A DNA stretch of 64,000 nucleotides from Candidatus Bipolaricaulota bacterium (GCA_018400715.1 JAGYME010000002.1:21374-85373); one strand, 5' to 3'; shown: positions 11,448 through 22,201, numbered from the stretch's first letter. Numbers and translations: made by a program. The notes: generated by a model from the letters alone, not told the origin.

Positions 11448-12087
11448 ATTAGAAGTCAAAGGTGCGGATGGAACGAAGGTGGAAGATATAGAGGTTTCTG
11501 AAGGCCTTCTCGGTGAAGATTTTCACAACGATCTTCTTTATCGAGCTGTAAGGGCCTACCGGAATAATGGAAGAAAGGGTACGGCCAGTACGAAGAGCCG
11601 GGCCGAGGTGGCCGGGTCCAACAGGAAACCCTGGCGCCAGAAAGGTACGGGTCGGGCAAGGGTTGGTTCTCGGGCGTCCCCGCTGTGGAGAAGCGGTGGA
11701 GTTATCTTTGGCCCCAAACCGAAGGAATACCAGATGGACCTTCCGAGGAAGATGAAGCGGAAGGCCCTTGCTAGCGCTCTTTCCACGAGGTACGATGAAG
11801 GAAATCTTTGCGTCGTTGACGGTCTTGAGTTCGACTCTCCGAAGACCAAGAGGGCGCTGACGCTGCTGGCCAGTCTTGAATTGCCGAAAGATACTCTTAT
11901 AATTTGTTCTCAGGTAGAGGATGATTGGAAGCTAAGGAAATCTTTCAGCAATATTCCAACAGCTAATTGCATTTCCACCTCTCAGGCTAACGTGTACGAG
12001 GTTCTTAAACACGAAGGAATTCTTTTAACCAAAGGCGCCCTAACCGATTTGGAGGAAAGGATTGTCGGTCGGGCAGCTAAGGTGTAG
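11440..12087 (+). CDS. rplD: 50S ribosomal protein L4
   Basis: GSNRKPWRQKGTGRARVGS motif. Overlaps the rplC end by 8 nt. Confidence 0.96.
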   Translation: MIELEVKGADGTKVEDIEVSEGLLGEDFHNDLLYRAVRAYRNNGRKGTASTKSRAEVAGSNRKPWRQKGTGRARVGSRASPLWRSGGVIFGPKPKEYQMDLPRKMKRKALASALSTRYDEGNLCVVDGLEFDSPKTKRALTLLASLELPKDTLIICSQVEDDWKLRKSFSNIPTANCISTSQANVYEVLKHEGILLTKGALTDLEERIVGRAAKV

Positions 12088-12390
12088 GTGTTAACCATGG
12101 AATTAACCACAAATGACGTAGTTATCGAGCCAATAGTTACAGAGGACTCTTGGCGCCTTCAGGAAGAGAGCAATAAGTACGTCTTCAAGGTGCACAAGAA
12201 GGCGAACAAGGTCATGATCAAGCGCGCTATAGAGGACCTATTTAACGTTGACGTGGTAAAGGTAAATACCCTGAACATGCGGGGAAAGGCAAAGAGGGAA
12301 CAATTAAACCAACAGAAAGGGAAGACGAGCGACTGGAAGAAGGCTTATGTTAGGCTGTCGGAAGGAGACAGAATAGATATATTCGGATAA
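12088..12390 (+). CDS. rplW: 50S ribosomal protein L23
   Basis: KYVFKVHKKANKVMIKRAIEDLFNVDVVKVNT. The start is GTG 12088 or ATG 12097. Confidence 0.95.
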   Translation: MLTMELTTNDVVIEPIVTEDSWRLQEESNKYVFKVHKKANKVMIKRAIEDLFNVDVVKVNTLNMRGKAKREQLNQQKGKTSDWKKAYVRLSEGDRIDIFG

Positions 12391-12403
12391 ACAAGGGGCG
12401 AAT

Positions 12404-13240
12404 ATGGGATTAAAAAGATTTAAACCGGTTACTCCGTCTAGGCGGCACGCTGAGGTGCCGAATTACGACGTTTTGACGACTGACGAACCAGAGAAGTCTC
12501 TGCTCGAACCGCTCAAGAAATCAGGTGGAAGGAATAACCAGGGGAAGGAGACGGTTAGAGGCAGAGGCGGAGGTCACAAGAGGAAATATCGTAAGATCGA
12601 TTTTCAGCGGGACAAGGAAGGCGTCACGGCCAGGGTAATGAGCAGGGAATACGATCCAAACCGGTCTGCCTGGATAACGCTGCTGTCGTATAGCGACGGA
12701 GAGAAGAGATATATATTATCACCGCTTAAGATAGAGGTTGGCGTGGAGGTCGAAGCTGGAGACGGTGCCGAGGTCAGGCCTGGCAACGCGTTGCCGTTGA
12801 AACGGATTCCCGCTGGAAGGCCGATCCACAACCTCGAGTTCTCCCCAGATAGCGGGGGAAAGATTGCCCGTTCGGCTGGCACCGCTGCCGTTATCGTGGC
12901 CAAGGAGTCTGGACGGATTGACGTGAAACTTCCTTCCGGAGAGGTACGAGGGTTTGACCCTAACTGTAAGGCAACGGTCGGTCAGGTAAGTAATCCGAGC
13001 CACAAGAACGTCAAGAGCGGTAAGGCTGGGAGGACCAGACACCTGGGTCGAAAACCCAAGGTCAGAGGAGTTGCCAAGAACGCGGTTGACCATCCTCATG
13101 GAGGAGGAGAGGGTCGTGCGTTCGTCGGTCGTCCGCCAGTTTCCGCTACGGGAGTGCCCGCGAAAGGTGGCAAGACGAGAAAGTCCAAGGCCAGCGACAA
13201 GATGATTATCAAGCGAAGGACAAAGAAGAAGAGGGGGTAG
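12404..13240 (+). CDS. rplB: 50S ribosomal protein L2
   Basis: GRNNQGKETVRGRGGGHKRKYR and NAVDHPHGGGEGR motifs. Confidence 0.98.
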   Translation: MGLKRFKPVTPSRRHAEVPNYDVLTTDEPEKSLLEPLKKSGGRNNQGKETVRGRGGGHKRKYRKIDFQRDKEGVTARVMSREYDPNRSAWITLLSYSDGEKRYILSPLKIEVGVEVEAGDGAEVRPGNALPLKRIPAGRPIHNLEFSPDSGGKIARSAGTAAVIVAKESGRIDVKLPSGEVRGFDPNCKATVGQVSNPSHKNVKSGKAGRTRHLGRKPKVRGVAKNAVDHPHGGGEGRAFVGRPPVSATGVPAKGGKTRKSKASDKMIIKRRTKKKRG

Positions 13241-13243
13241 ATA

Positions 13244-13531
13244 ATGCCTAGATCAGTAAAAAAGGGACCATACGTTAAGGGCAGTTTGAAGAAAAAGGTC
13301 GAAAAGGCAAAACGGAGAGAGATAGAGGAGATTAAGACCTGGTCACGGGACTCGACCGTCGTTCCTCAAATGGTTGGGTTGACGATAAATGTGCATAATG
13401 GTAAAGATCACGTACCGGTTGAAATATCTGAAAACATGGTCGGGCACAAGCTGGGTGAGTTCGCCCCGACGAGGACTTTCCGTCAGCACGGTGGAATCAA
13501 GAAGAAAGAACCGATTACCCCGGTAGGATAG
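13244..13531 (+). CDS. rpsS: 30S ribosomal protein S19
   Basis: [35 protein letters not shown]. Confidence 0.98.
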   Translation: MPRSVKKGPYVKGSLKKKVEKAKRREIEEIKTWSRDSTVVPQMVGLTINVHNGKDHVPVEISENMVGHKLGEFAPTRTFRQHGGIKKKEPITPVG

Positions 13532-13538
13532 ATATAGC

Positions 13539-13877
13539 ATGAAAGAAGCAAAAGCGATTACCAAGAACGTTAGGGTCTCACCGAAGAAAGCCAGGCCCGT
13601 GGCCGATGCGATCAGGGGAAAGTCCGTTGACGAAGCGCTGAAGACGGTCAGGTTCTCAAAGAAAAAGGCCGCCCGATTCATCAAGGACACCCTTGAATCG
13701 GCAGTTGCGAACGCTCAGCACAACCATGATATGTCGGTTGATAAGTTATCCGTTAAGGAGGCCGCAATCGACGAAGGACAAACAATGAAGAGAATGAAAC
13801 CAAGAGCACAAGGGAGAGCTGATTTAATGCGCAGAAGACAGAGTCATATCAAGATTGTCCTAGTGGAGGAAGAATAA
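13539..13877 (+). CDS. rplV: 50S ribosomal protein L22
   Basis: RVSPKKARPVADAIRGKSV, and gene order. Confidence 0.96.
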   Translation: MKEAKAITKNVRVSPKKARPVADAIRGKSVDEALKTVRFSKKKAARFIKDTLESAVANAQHNHDMSVDKLSVKEAAIDEGQTMKRMKPRAQGRADLMRRRQSHIKIVLVEEE

Positions 13878-14533
13878 TGGGTCAGAAAGTAAATCCGGTT
13901 GGCTTTCGTGTCGGTGTTAACAAGAAATGGGAATCCAACTGGTACAGCGAGGGCAAGACACCTGAGTTCATTGCGGAAGACCGAAAGATTCGTGATGTCA
14001 TAGAGGAACGATATAGAGGGGCGGGCATTGCCAAGGTTAGCATAGAACGCCCCCGGGATGACCGGATCTCGATAATTATCGTCTCAGCTCGACCAGGAAT
14101 TATCATTGGCAAGGGTGGTAGCGAGATAAATGGTTTTCAGGCTGAGCTTACCGAAACGACGGACCGTGAAGTGAACATATCCGTCAAAGAGGCTAAGGAC
14201 CCACACCTCCAGGCCCAGTTGATCGCTCAGGAGGTGGCCTTCCAGATTGAAAACCGTTTGCCGCCCAACCGGGCGATGAAGGAGGTCATTAGCCGCTCCA
14301 TGGCAAAGGGGGCGAAGGGCGTCAAGATTAAATGCTCTGGTCGAATAGGTGGAGCTAACCTGTCCAGGACTGTTTCTCAGGACGAAGGACGCATACCGTT
14401 ACAGACTATCCGGGCAGATATAGATTATGGTTTCATCGAAGCAAGGACCAAGTACGGACCGATAGGTGTTAAGGCCTGGGTCTTCCGTGAGGAGATATTG
14501 CCCGAGGGAGTACCGGAAGGATTGAGTCTTTAA
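13877..14533 (+). CDS. rpsC: 30S ribosomal protein S3
   Basis: MGQKVNPVGFRVGVNKKWES, KH-domain IIGKGGSEI. ATG overlaps the rplV stop (TAATG). Confidence 0.98.
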   Translation: MGQKVNPVGFRVGVNKKWESNWYSEGKTPEFIAEDRKIRDVIEERYRGAGIAKVSIERPRDDRISIIIVSARPGIIIGKGGSEINGFQAELTETTDREVNISVKEAKDPHLQAQLIAQEVAFQIENRLPPNRAMKEVISRSMAKGAKGVKIKCSGRIGGANLSRTVSQDEGRIPLQTIRADIDYGFIEARTKYGPIGVKAWVFREEILPEGVPEGLSL

Positions 14534-14548
14534 TTTAGGTGATTCTAG

Positions 14549-14977
14549 ATGGCATTATATCCGGCTGATACGAAATTTCGAAAACAAAGACGGGGCAGGA
14601 CAAAGGGAAGGGCGAGCCGCGGGAACAAAGTTTCCTTCGGAGAGTACGGGATACAATCACTGGACCCCGGCTGGTTGACGAGCAAACAGATAGAAACTGC
14701 CAGGATGACGCTCGCTCATGAGACCCAGCGTGACTCCAAGATCTGGGTCCGGGTCTTTCCTGACAAGCCGATAACGAAGACTCCTGCCGAGACCAGAATG
14801 GGTAAAGGCAAGGGAGAACCAGCTGAATGGGTCGCCGTCATACGGCCCGGGAGGATTATCTTCGAGTTTTCCGGGGTCGACCCCGCGAAGGCTAAACGGT
14901 TGCACCAGCTGGTTTCTTACAAGCTCCCGTTGAAAACGAGGTTGAAGGAAAGAATAAAGTTGGGTGGAGAGAAATGA
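14549..14977 (+). CDS. rplP: 50S ribosomal protein L16
   Basis: [23 protein letters not shown]. Confidence 0.97.
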   Translation: MALYPADTKFRKQRRGRTKGRASRGNKVSFGEYGIQSLDPGWLTSKQIETARMTLAHETQRDSKIWVRVFPDKPITKTPAETRMGKGKGEPAEWVAVIRPGRIIFEFSGVDPAKAKRLHQLVSYKLPLKTRLKERIKLGGEK

Positions 14978-15180
14978 GACCCGGAGAATTTAGAGATTTA
15001 ACTTCGGAAGAGCTGGACGAAAAGATACACGAGTTGAAGGAAAAGTTGTTTAACCTGAGGTTCCAAAAGTCGACCGGGGAGTTAGATAACACGGCAGAGA
15101 TCAAGAAGACAAAGAAGGATATTGCTAGGGCCAAGACAATACGCCGGGAGAGAGATAGTCAAGGAGTGGAGTCGCAATGA
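14974..15180 (+). CDS. rpmC: 50S ribosomal protein L29
   Basis: LTSEELDEKIHELKEKLFNLRFQ. 4-nt ATGA overlap with rplP. Confidence 0.95.
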   Translation: MRPGEFRDLTSEELDEKIHELKEKLFNLRFQKSTGELDNTAEIKKTKKDIARAKTIRRERDSQGVESQ

Positions 15181-15428
15181 AGAAGGAAAAAAAAGGGCAG
15201 GTTGTCAGCACGGACATGGACAAGACGATAGTCGTGGCTGTCGACACGCTCAAACAGCATCAAAGATACAACAAATACACAAAACAGAGGTCAAAGTTTT
15301 ACGCTCACGACGAGAACGAGGAAGCCAACGAAGGGGACCAGGTACTCATTTCGGAAACGAGACCGCTTAGTAAGAAGAAGAGGTGGAAGCTGGATAAGAT
15401 CCTTAAGCGGGCAGGAGGGAAGTCGTGA
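15177..15428 (+). CDS. rpsQ: 30S ribosomal protein S17
   Basis: [45 protein letters not shown]. Confidence 0.96.
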   Translation: MKKEKKGQVVSTDMDKTIVVAVDTLKQHQRYNKYTKQRSKFYAHDENEEANEGDQVLISETRPLSKKKRWKLDKILKRAGGKS

Positions 15429-15793
15429 TTCATCAAGAGACGATCCTGCAGGTTGCTGATAACTCCGGTGCTAAACAGTTGCGATGCATAAACGTCCTCG
15501 GGCAGTCGAACAAGAACCAGGGCGCTATAGGTGACATCATTACGGCATCGGTAAAGAAGAGGATACCAAATAGCGACCTGGAAAAGGGTGAAATAGTCCA
15601 AGCGGTAATAGTCAGGACGGCCGGAAACTTCAGGCGGTCCGACGGTTCCTATATCCGGTTTGACGACAACGCCGCTGTTCTCGTAGACGAAAGGCTCGAG
15701 CCGGTTGGTACAAGGATATTTGGTCCAGTCACCAGAGAACTGCGCGAGGAGAACATGCTGCGGATAATCTCTCTGGCCCCTGAGGTGTTATAG
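15425..15793 (+). CDS. rplN: 50S ribosomal protein L14
   Basis: GTG start. [29 protein letters not shown]. Confidence 0.97.
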   Translation: MIHQETILQVADNSGAKQLRCINVLGQSNKNQGAIGDIITASVKKRIPNSDLEKGEIVQAVIVRTAGNFRRSDGSYIRFDDNAAVLVDERLEPVGTRIFGPVTRELREENMLRIISLAPEVL

Positions 15794-15802
15794 GGAGGAA
15801 AC

Positions 15803-16114
15803 ATGAGAAAAGTTCAAAAAGGAGATCGAGTAAAGGTTATAGCGGGGAACGACAAGGGCAAAATAGGAGAGGTGTTGACCGTATTTCCGGACGAGGGCCG
15901 AGTCATCGTCGAAAACGTCAACTTTAGATACAAGCACCAGGGCAGGACCCAGCAGCAGCGTGAACCGGGAATTATTGAACGGGAAGAACCGATAGACATA
16001 TCGAACGTCTTGCCCATATGTCCCTCATGTGATCAACCGAGCAGGGTAGAGTTTGACGAGGTATCAGGCGAAAAGGTCCGTGTTTGTAAAGCGTGTGGAG
16101 GGGTCTTGGACTGA
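15803..16114 (+). CDS. rplX: 50S ribosomal protein L24 (Cys-containing C-terminal ribbon form)
   Basis: KOW motif [19 protein letters not shown]. The C-terminus carries CPSC...CKAC. Confidence 0.95.
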   Translation: MRKVQKGDRVKVIAGNDKGKIGEVLTVFPDEGRVIVENVNFRYKHQGRTQQQREPGIIEREEPIDISNVLPICPSCDQPSRVEFDEVSGEKVRVCKACGGVLD

Positions 16115-16656
16115 TGTTGCTGAGAGAGAGATACGAGCAGGAAGTCAGGGATAACCTCGCGTCTGAGTTGGGTTACGACAACCCAATGGAGATACCGAAG
16201 GTAGAGAAGGTAGTTATAAACATGGGGATATCCGAATACGAGGACCCGGGAATCCTCGACACGGCTATGGGCAACCTCGCGTCTATCACTGGACAGCAAC
16301 CCGTAGTTACCCGAGCCAAGAAGTCGATAGCCGATTTCGACATCCGTAGAGGGGTGCCGGTTGGTTGTAAGGTCACGTTGAGAGGGAAGAGAGCTTACGC
16401 TTTTTTGAACAAGCTGTTCAACGTAGCCCTGCCGAGCATCAGGGACTTTAGGGGTCTATCCCCTGATTCCTTTGACGGGCGGGGAAATTACAGTCTGGGA
16501 ATTAACGAGCAACTCGTTTTCCCTGAGATTACGTTCGATGACATACGGCAGGTTCAGGGTATGGATATTACTATTGTAACGAGTGCGAATAGCGACAGGG
16601 AAGGATATTATTTGCTGAAAGAACTTGGGTCTCCGTTTAAAACCTTGGAGGGATAG
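16114..16656 (+). CDS. rplE: 50S ribosomal protein L5
   Basis: [11 protein letters not shown]..., [30 protein letters not shown] prefer the ATG at 16114 (overlapping the rplX TGA) to the ORF-track start at 16093. Confidence 0.95.
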   Translation: MLLRERYEQEVRDNLASELGYDNPMEIPKVEKVVINMGISEYEDPGILDTAMGNLASITGQQPVVTRAKKSIADFDIRRGVPVGCKVTLRGKRAYAFLNKLFNVALPSIRDFRGLSPDSFDGRGNYSLGINEQLVFPEITFDDIRQVQGMDITIVTSANSDREGYYLLKELGSPFKTLEG

Positions 16657-16657
16657 C

Positions 16658-16843
16658 ATGGCCCGTAAGGCATTGGTAGAAAAAGCTCAAGAAGAACATA
16701 AATATGAGACTAGAGATTATAATAGATGTAGCATTTGCGGAAGGTCACGAGGGTACATAAGGGACTTTGGCATCTGTAGGTTGTGTTTCCGCAAGTTAGC
16801 CCATAAGGGAGAGTTGCCCGGAGTAAAGAAAGCAAGCTGGTAA
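16658..16843 (+). CDS. rpsZ: 30S ribosomal protein S14 type Z (zinc-binding, 61 aa)
   Basis: [61 protein letters not shown]. The ORF-track start at 16625 is an upstream artefact overlapping rplE. Confidence 0.96.
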   Translation: MARKALVEKAQEEHKYETRDYNRCSICGRSRGYIRDFGICRLCFRKLAHKGELPGVKKASW

Positions 16844-16871
16844 AGTTTGTCGAGTAATCTGGAGGAGAATT

Positions 16872-17270
16872 ATGACAACGTCGGACCCAATTAGCGACAT
16901 GTTGACGAGAATACGAAATGCCAGCCGCATGCAACACGACGTGGTTGATATGCCGGACGCGAAGTTAAAGGATTCGATCGCTCAGGTGCTAAAGGACGAA
17001 GGATACATCACCGACTTCGAGGTCAAAAACGAGGACGGGACGAAGAAGACCTTGTCCGTTAAACTCAAATACAACGACGAAGAGGAAGTAATTCAAGGGA
17101 TCGAGAGGATGAGCAAGCCTTCCAAGCGAGTTTTCGTCTCTAGCGACGAGATTCCGCAGGTTTTGGGAGGGCTCGGCACCGCAGTGCTCAGCACCTCTCG
17201 TGGGGTAGTGACCGGCAAGGACGCTAAGGAAGAGGGAATCGGCGGGGAACTGCTGCTGAAGGTCTGGTGA
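16872..17270 (+). CDS. rpsH: 30S ribosomal protein S8
   Basis: DPISDMLTRIRNA, GTAVLSTSRGVVTGKDAKEEGIGGELLLKVW. Confidence 0.97.
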   Translation: MTTSDPISDMLTRIRNASRMQHDVVDMPDAKLKDSIAQVLKDEGYITDFEVKNEDGTKKTLSVKLKYNDEEEVIQGIERMSKPSKRVFVSSDEIPQVLGGLGTAVLSTSRGVVTGKDAKEEGIGGELLLKVW

Positions 17271-17280
17271 GGTGTTAGAA

Positions 17281-17844
17281 ATGTCCAAGGTAGGAAAGGC
17301 ACCGATTGAGATTCCGGAAGAGGTTGAGGTAAAGATAACCAAAAACCGTGTCCACGCGTCGGGAAAGAACGGGCTGGAATTTAGCCAGGAATACGATCCC
17401 AATTACGTGACGGTCAAGGAAGAGGGAGAAGAGATCCTGGTTGAAAGAAATGCTGATAGGAAGGAATATCGGCAAAGGCACGGTCTCTACAGGAGCCTCA
17501 TTGCGAACATGGTCAACGGTCTGGTCGAACCCTTTGAGAAGAGCTTAGTCATAGAGGGGCTTGGTTACCGGGCGAGGAACCAGGGGAACAAGCTGATCTT
17601 CGAGTTGGGGTATTCCCATCCGATAGAATACGAGCTACCGGAGAACGTCGAAGCCCAGGTAGAAGGCAACGATCAGATAAAGATCATGGGGCCGGATAAG
17701 CAGGAAGTTGGACAGGTTGCTGCGGACATCAGAAGGTTGAGACCTCCGGAACCCTACAAGGGAAAGGGAATTAGGTATAAAGGTGAAGAGATCATCAGGA
17801 AGGAAGGTAAGTTGTCCGGTGGAGAAGAGGCTGGAATCGGCTAA
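17281..17844 (+). CDS. rplF: 50S ribosomal protein L6
   Basis: MSKVGKAPIEIP, GLGYRA, PPEPYKGKGIRYKGE. ATG 17281 is preferred over GTG 17272. Confidence 0.95.
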   Translation: MSKVGKAPIEIPEEVEVKITKNRVHASGKNGLEFSQEYDPNYVTVKEEGEEILVERNADRKEYRQRHGLYRSLIANMVNGLVEPFEKSLVIEGLGYRARNQGNKLIFELGYSHPIEYELPENVEAQVEGNDQIKIMGPDKQEVGQVAADIRRLRPPEPYKGKGIRYKGEEIIRKEGKLSGGEEAGIG

Positions 17845-17902
17845 GAGTTTCGCTGATTGGACGAGCGCCTCGAACAAAGAACATTAGGAACAGCAGGAGG
17901 AT

Positions 17903-18271
17903 TTGTACGTGCCAACAGTTGACAGAGAAAAAAGACGAAAAATAAGACATAACCGCATAAGGAGCAAATTGCGGGGAACGGAGAGGGTGCCCAGGGTTTA
18001 CGTCAGGAAATCCAACAGGCATATCTATGCCCAGGCTATAGACGACCTGAATAACGAGACTATTGCCGCGGCTTCCACGCTGAGTTTCGATCTTGGCGAG
18101 GAAGTCTCCAACGCCACCGTCGAGACGGCGAAAAAGGTGGGGGCCCTGCTGGCTGAAAAGTTGTCAGAGAAAGGTATTGAAAAGGTTGTCTTTGACCGTG
18201 GTGGATACCCCTATCACGGTAAAGTACAGGCCCTGGCTGATCAAATGAGAGAGGAGGGAATGGTCTTTTAG
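17903..18271 (+). CDS. rplR: 50S ribosomal protein L18
   Basis: RHNRIRSKLRGT..PRVYVRKSNRHIYAQ, FDRGGYPYHGKVQALAD. The true start may be GTG 17909, which is better spaced from the GGAGG SD. Confidence 0.95.
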   Translation: MYVPTVDREKRRKIRHNRIRSKLRGTERVPRVYVRKSNRHIYAQAIDDLNNETIAAASTLSFDLGEEVSNATVETAKKVGALLAEKLSEKGIEKVVFDRGGYPYHGKVQALADQMREEGMVF

Positions 18272-18273
18272 CT

Positions 18274-18789
18274 ATGGCGAGAGGACGCAGAAGAAGGGAC
18301 GACGAATTCGACGATAACGTAATAGATATTAGCCGTGTGAGCAAGGTTACTAAGGGTGGCAGGAACCTACGATTTAGGGTAATTGTAGCCGCCGGCAACT
18401 ACGAAGGGGTGGTTGGTGTAGGCTCGGGAAGTACGGGAGAGATTCCGAGAGCGATAAATCAGGCCGTCCGTGATGCGAAGAAACACCTGGTTAAGGTACC
18501 GATAGTCAACGGTACGATTCCTCACGAAATAGTCGGAAGGTTTAAGGCTGGAAAGGTAATTTTGAAACCGGCTTACAGGGGGACTGGTGTAATCGCGGGA
18601 GACGTAGTTGGCACGATTTGCCGACTGGCCGGAGTGAAGAACATCTTGACCAAGTCTCTCGGTACCAACAATCCTATTACCCTATCCAAGGCAGTTCTTG
18701 CTGGTTTCTCTGAACTTACCACACCCGAAGAAGCTGCCAGGCGACGCGGCGTGGACGTGGAAGAACTGGAGGAGGCGGTACAGGAATGA
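18274..18789 (+). CDS. rpsE: 30S ribosomal protein S5
   Basis: VIDISRVSKVTKGGRNLRFRVIVAAGN, GTGVIAG. Confidence 0.97.
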   Translation: MARGRRRRDDEFDDNVIDISRVSKVTKGGRNLRFRVIVAAGNYEGVVGVGSGSTGEIPRAINQAVRDAKKHLVKVPIVNGTIPHEIVGRFKAGKVILKPAYRGTGVIAGDVVGTICRLAGVKNILTKSLGTNNPITLSKAVLAGFSELTTPEEAARRRGVDVEELEEAVQE

Positions 18790-19244
18790 AGCGACTAGAA
18801 GACCTCAAGCCGTCCGAAGGTAGCAAGCAGGGAAAGACCCGACAGGGTAGAGGTTACGGATCCGGCAAGGGTGGCCACGAATCTGGAAGGGGCACAAAGG
18901 GCCAGAACTCCCGTAGCGGAGGAAAACCTAAGGTAGGTTTCGAAGGGGGGCAGACACCCATATGGAGGAGGTTCCCCAAGGTTGGGTTCCACAACCCCAA
19001 CAGTAAGGAAGTTGAATGGGTCAACGTTAGAGCTCTCAACAGGTACGGCGACGGCGAAGAAGTTGACCCCGATCGACTCAAGGCCGATGGCCTCATTGGG
19101 AACGCGAAGGACGGATTAAAGATTCTTGGCGATGGCACGCTGAAAAAGGAGCTTACCGTAAAAGCCCATGCCTTTAGCTCAAGTGCTCGTGCTAAGATCG
19201 AAGATGCAGGTGGGGAAGCAATAGAACTTTCCGACAAAGAGTGA
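18786..19244 (+). CDS. rplO: 50S ribosomal protein L15
   Basis: RQGRGYGSGKGGHESGRGTKGQNSRSGG, FEGGQTPIWRRFPK. It directly overlaps the rpsE stop, so there is no rpmD between them. Confidence 0.96.
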   Translation: MKRLEDLKPSEGSKQGKTRQGRGYGSGKGGHESGRGTKGQNSRSGGKPKVGFEGGQTPIWRRFPKVGFHNPNSKEVEWVNVRALNRYGDGEEVDPDRLKADGLIGNAKDGLKILGDGTLKKELTVKAHAFSSSARAKIEDAGGEAIELSDKE

Positions 19245-19250
19245 TATAAC

Positions 19251-20546
19251 GTGCTAAGCCAATTGACCAACATCCTCAAGATCCCGGAGCTTCGGAAGCG
19301 AATATTATTTACATTGGGGGCTCTGGCGATATTTCGTGCGGGAGCTCACATCCCTATCCCTGGCATCGACTCGCAGGCTCTACTTAACCTGTTCGAGCAG
19401 GGCGGAGGGAACATCCTGCAGTACCTCAACATGTTTACGGGTGGAGCGCTGGGACGGGGTACGCTGTTCGGGCTGGGAATTACCCCCTACATAAACGCGT
19501 CGATTATTATGAGTTTATTGACCGCCGTAGTGCCTAAACTAAAAGAACTCCAGCAACAGGGGCGGGAAGGCCGAAAGGTTATCACCAAGTATACCAGGTA
19601 CGGCACCCTGGCAATCGCGTTTATTCAATCATACGGTTGGAGTTACTTTCTTGTCAGGCAGGGAATGGTCGAAGGTTCGACGATAATGTTCTTTATCACC
19701 GCGGTTATCTCGATGACGACCGGTACCGTCTTTCTCATGTGGTTGGGTGAGAGGATCACCGAAAACGGTATTGGTAACGGGATCTCCGTTTTAATTATGG
19801 CCGGGATTATGGCGAGGTTTCCCAGTCAGCTGTACAGTACGTGGGTCGAGGTAACCTACGGGAACGTTAGTGCTTTATGGGGCCTGATCCTCGTTATCGT
19901 GTTTATCGTCGTTATCGCCGGCGTAGTCATCGTTCAGCAGGGAAGGCGAAATATTCGTATCCAGTACGCCAAACGGACTGCGGGCCGGAAGGTTTACGGC
20001 GGTCACACGAGCCACCTCCCGATAAAGGTAAACCAGGGTGGAGTTATTCCAATTATATTTGCATCGGTCCTCCTGTCATTACCGATGACGGTCGCTCAAT
20101 GGGCACCGGGGCTTTCCTGGATGACCCAGTACGTACAACGTGGTAGCATCCCCTATCTGGTTGCATATGTCCTGTTAATTGTATTCTTCACGTATTTTTA
20201 CAGCGCGATTATCTTCGACCCCAACGACGTGGCGAAAAACCTCAAGGAGTCAGGAGGATTCATCCCCGGAGTGAGGCCTGGTCAGCCGACTGTCGAATAC
20301 ATTAACTCGATCCTGAATCGCCTGCTTTTAGTGGGAGCGCTCTTCCTGGGCGCGATAGCTATCCTGCCGTTCATATTTACCGCGGTAAGTGGACTCTCGT
20401 CGTTCTGGCTTGGAGGTACGTCAGTACTGATCGTCGTTGGTGTCGGTCTCGACGTGCTCATGCAGATAGAGTCGCACATGGTCATGAGGCATTACGAGAG
20501 TTTGACGGAAGCAGGGGGTTCGGCGCTTCTGGGGAGGCGACGTTAA
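19251..20546 (+). CDS. secY: Preprotein translocase subunit SecY
   Basis: 431 aa, about ten hydrophobic segments, LRKRILFTLGALAIFRAGAHIPIPGID, GITPYINASIIM, GERITENGIGNGISVLI. GTG start. Confidence 0.97.
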   Translation: MLSQLTNILKIPELRKRILFTLGALAIFRAGAHIPIPGIDSQALLNLFEQGGGNILQYLNMFTGGALGRGTLFGLGITPYINASIIMSLLTAVVPKLKELQQQGREGRKVITKYTRYGTLAIAFIQSYGWSYFLVRQGMVEGSTIMFFITAVISMTTGTVFLMWLGERITENGIGNGISVLIMAGIMARFPSQLYSTWVEVTYGNVSALWGLILVIVFIVVIAGVVIVQQGRRNIRIQYAKRTAGRKVYGGHTSHLPIKVNQGGVIPIIFASVLLSLPMTVAQWAPGLSWMTQYVQRGSIPYLVAYVLLIVFFTYFYSAIIFDPNDVAKNLKESGGFIPGVRPGQPTVEYINSILNRLLLVGALFLGAIAILPFIFTAVSGLSSFWLGGTSVLIVVGVGLDVLMQIESHMVMRHYESLTEAGGSALLGRRR

Positions 20547-20547
20547 T

Positions 20548-21189
20548 ATGTCCAATGGAAAGAGAAATGACTTCAACTTGATCCTCCTGGGCGGACCGGG
20601 AGCAGGAAAGGGCACGCAGGCGAGTAAGATCGTCGAGTCCATGGATTTGGCCCACTTATCGACCGGAGATATCCTGAGAGAGGAGGTCAGCGAAGGGACC
20701 GATCTGGGGTTAGAAGCCAGGGAGTACATGGACCGTGGCGACCTGGTTCCCGACGAACTCATTATTGAGATGGTGCGAAAGCACCTCGACCGGGAATCTG
20801 GGTACCTGTTTGACGGTTTTCCGCGGACGATCAGTCAGGCCGAGGCCCTGGAAAACGTGCTCGAAGTAGACAAGGTTATTTACATAAATATCAGTAAAGA
20901 GGAGGCGGTAAGGAGGCTGTCCGCGCGAAGGGTCTGTTCGGAATGTGGCGAAATTTACAACCTTCAGTTTGATAAACCGGACGAGCCGGGGGTTTGCGAT
21001 AAGTGTAACGGGGAGTTATACCAGAGAAGCGACGACAAACCTGAGGTCATCCGGAATAGGTTTGAGACGTTCCTCGAGCAGTCCGCGCCACTTGTTGGGT
21101 TTTATCGTGATCGCGGGGTCCTGGTAGAAATAGACGGCGAGCGGGAGCCGGACGCAATCTTTGAGAACATTAGAGCGGCGATAAGCTAG
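20548..21189 (+). CDS. adk: Adenylate kinase (4-Cys zinc lid)
   Basis: P-loop GGPGAGKGTQ. Lid CSECGEIYN...CDKCNGEL. Confidence 0.96.
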   Translation: MSNGKRNDFNLILLGGPGAGKGTQASKIVESMDLAHLSTGDILREEVSEGTDLGLEAREYMDRGDLVPDELIIEMVRKHLDRESGYLFDGFPRTISQAEALENVLEVDKVIYINISKEEAVRRLSARRVCSECGEIYNLQFDKPDEPGVCDKCNGELYQRSDDKPEVIRNRFETFLEQSAPLVGFYRDRGVLVEIDGEREPDAIFENIRAAIS

Positions 21190-21201
21190 GGATTACGGGT
21201 C

Positions 21202-21954
21202 ATGATAGAGTTAAAGTCGGGTTCAGAGCTTGAAATTTTGCGTGAAAATGCTAATATTTTGGGCAGCATTCTTGATAAAGTGGTGCGAAGAGTAGAACCC
21301 GGCGTCACGACCATCTCGCTCGACGAGTACGCCGAAGAATTGATCGTCAAAGCCGATGGGAAGCCCGCCTTCAAAAATTACCGCGGATATCCAAGTTCTT
21401 TATGCACTTCTATCAACGAAGAGATAGTTCACGGAATACCCGGCGAGAGGGCCGTAGATAGCGGCGACATACTCTCGCTGGACATTGGGATCGAACGGAA
21501 AGGTTTTTTCGCGGACTTCGCGACGACCGTCACCGTCGGCGAGGTAACAGGCCAGGTTCAGAGCCTGGTTGACGTGACGAACGAGGCCCTAACTGTAGGA
21601 ATAGAGCAGGTCAGGCCGGGGAACAGGATTGGAGACATATCGCACGCAATTGGGTCCTTCGTCGAGGAAAAGGGATTTTACGTGGTGAAGGAGTTTGTGG
21701 GACACGGAATAGGGAGAAATATGCACGAGGATCCTCAGATTCCCAATTACGGTGAGCCCGATACAGGAAAGAGGATCAAAGGGGGAATGGTGTTTTGTAT
21801 TGAGCCGATGGTGAAGATGGACGATAAATCCACAGTCGTGTTAGACGACGGTTGGACGGCAGTTCCTGCGGACGGAGGTTTGTCGGCGCATTTTGAAGGA
21901 ATGGTTGCTGCAACGAGTGAGGGACCGGAAGTACTTGTCAGAGGTGGTTCTTAA
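21202..21954 (+). CDS. map: Methionine aminopeptidase type I
   Basis: [43 protein letters not shown]. Confidence 0.96.
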   Translation: MIELKSGSELEILRENANILGSILDKVVRRVEPGVTTISLDEYAEELIVKADGKPAFKNYRGYPSSLCTSINEEIVHGIPGERAVDSGDILSLDIGIERKGFFADFATTVTVGEVTGQVQSLVDVTNEALTVGIEQVRPGNRIGDISHAIGSFVEEKGFYVVKEFVGHGIGRNMHEDPQIPNYGEPDTGKRIKGGMVFCIEPMVKMDDKSTVVLDDGWTAVPADGGLSAHFEGMVAATSEGPEVLVRGGS

Positions 21955-21958
21955 AGTC

Positions 21959-22186
21959 ATGGCCCCTGAAAAGGACAAAGATATTATCAGAAGGCGGGGA
22001 GAAATAGTTGAAGCCCTGCCGGATTCGATGTTTAAAGTCGAGCTGGACAACGGACACGAGGCGATCTGCCATATATCAGGAAAGATAAGGAAGCACTTTA
22101 TTCGGATCGTTCCAGGGGATAGAGTACTGGTTGAGTTTTCCCCGCACGATTTGAGTAAGGGCAGAATAGTATACCGAGAATCATAG
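21959..22186 (+). CDS. infA: Translation initiation factor IF-1
   Basis: [60 protein letters not shown]. The ATG at 21959 follows the map stop; the ORF-track start at 21893 overlaps map. Confidence 0.96.
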   Translation: MAPEKDKDIIRRRGEIVEALPDSMFKVELDNGHEAICHISGKIRKHFIRIVPGDRVLVEFSPHDLSKGRIVYRES

Positions 22187-22201
22187 TCGAGGAGGGAAAG
22201 C

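Noticed and set aside
15803-16114. A CxxC...CxxC zinc-ribbon-like C-terminus on L24.
   Set aside because: The same segment exists in other bacteria, in Cys-containing form (I recall Thermus-like ICPACG...VCAKCGG) and in Cys-less form (Bacillus-like PLDPKTGE...VAKKSGQ). It is a known C+/C- ribosomal-protein dimorphism rather than a novelty.
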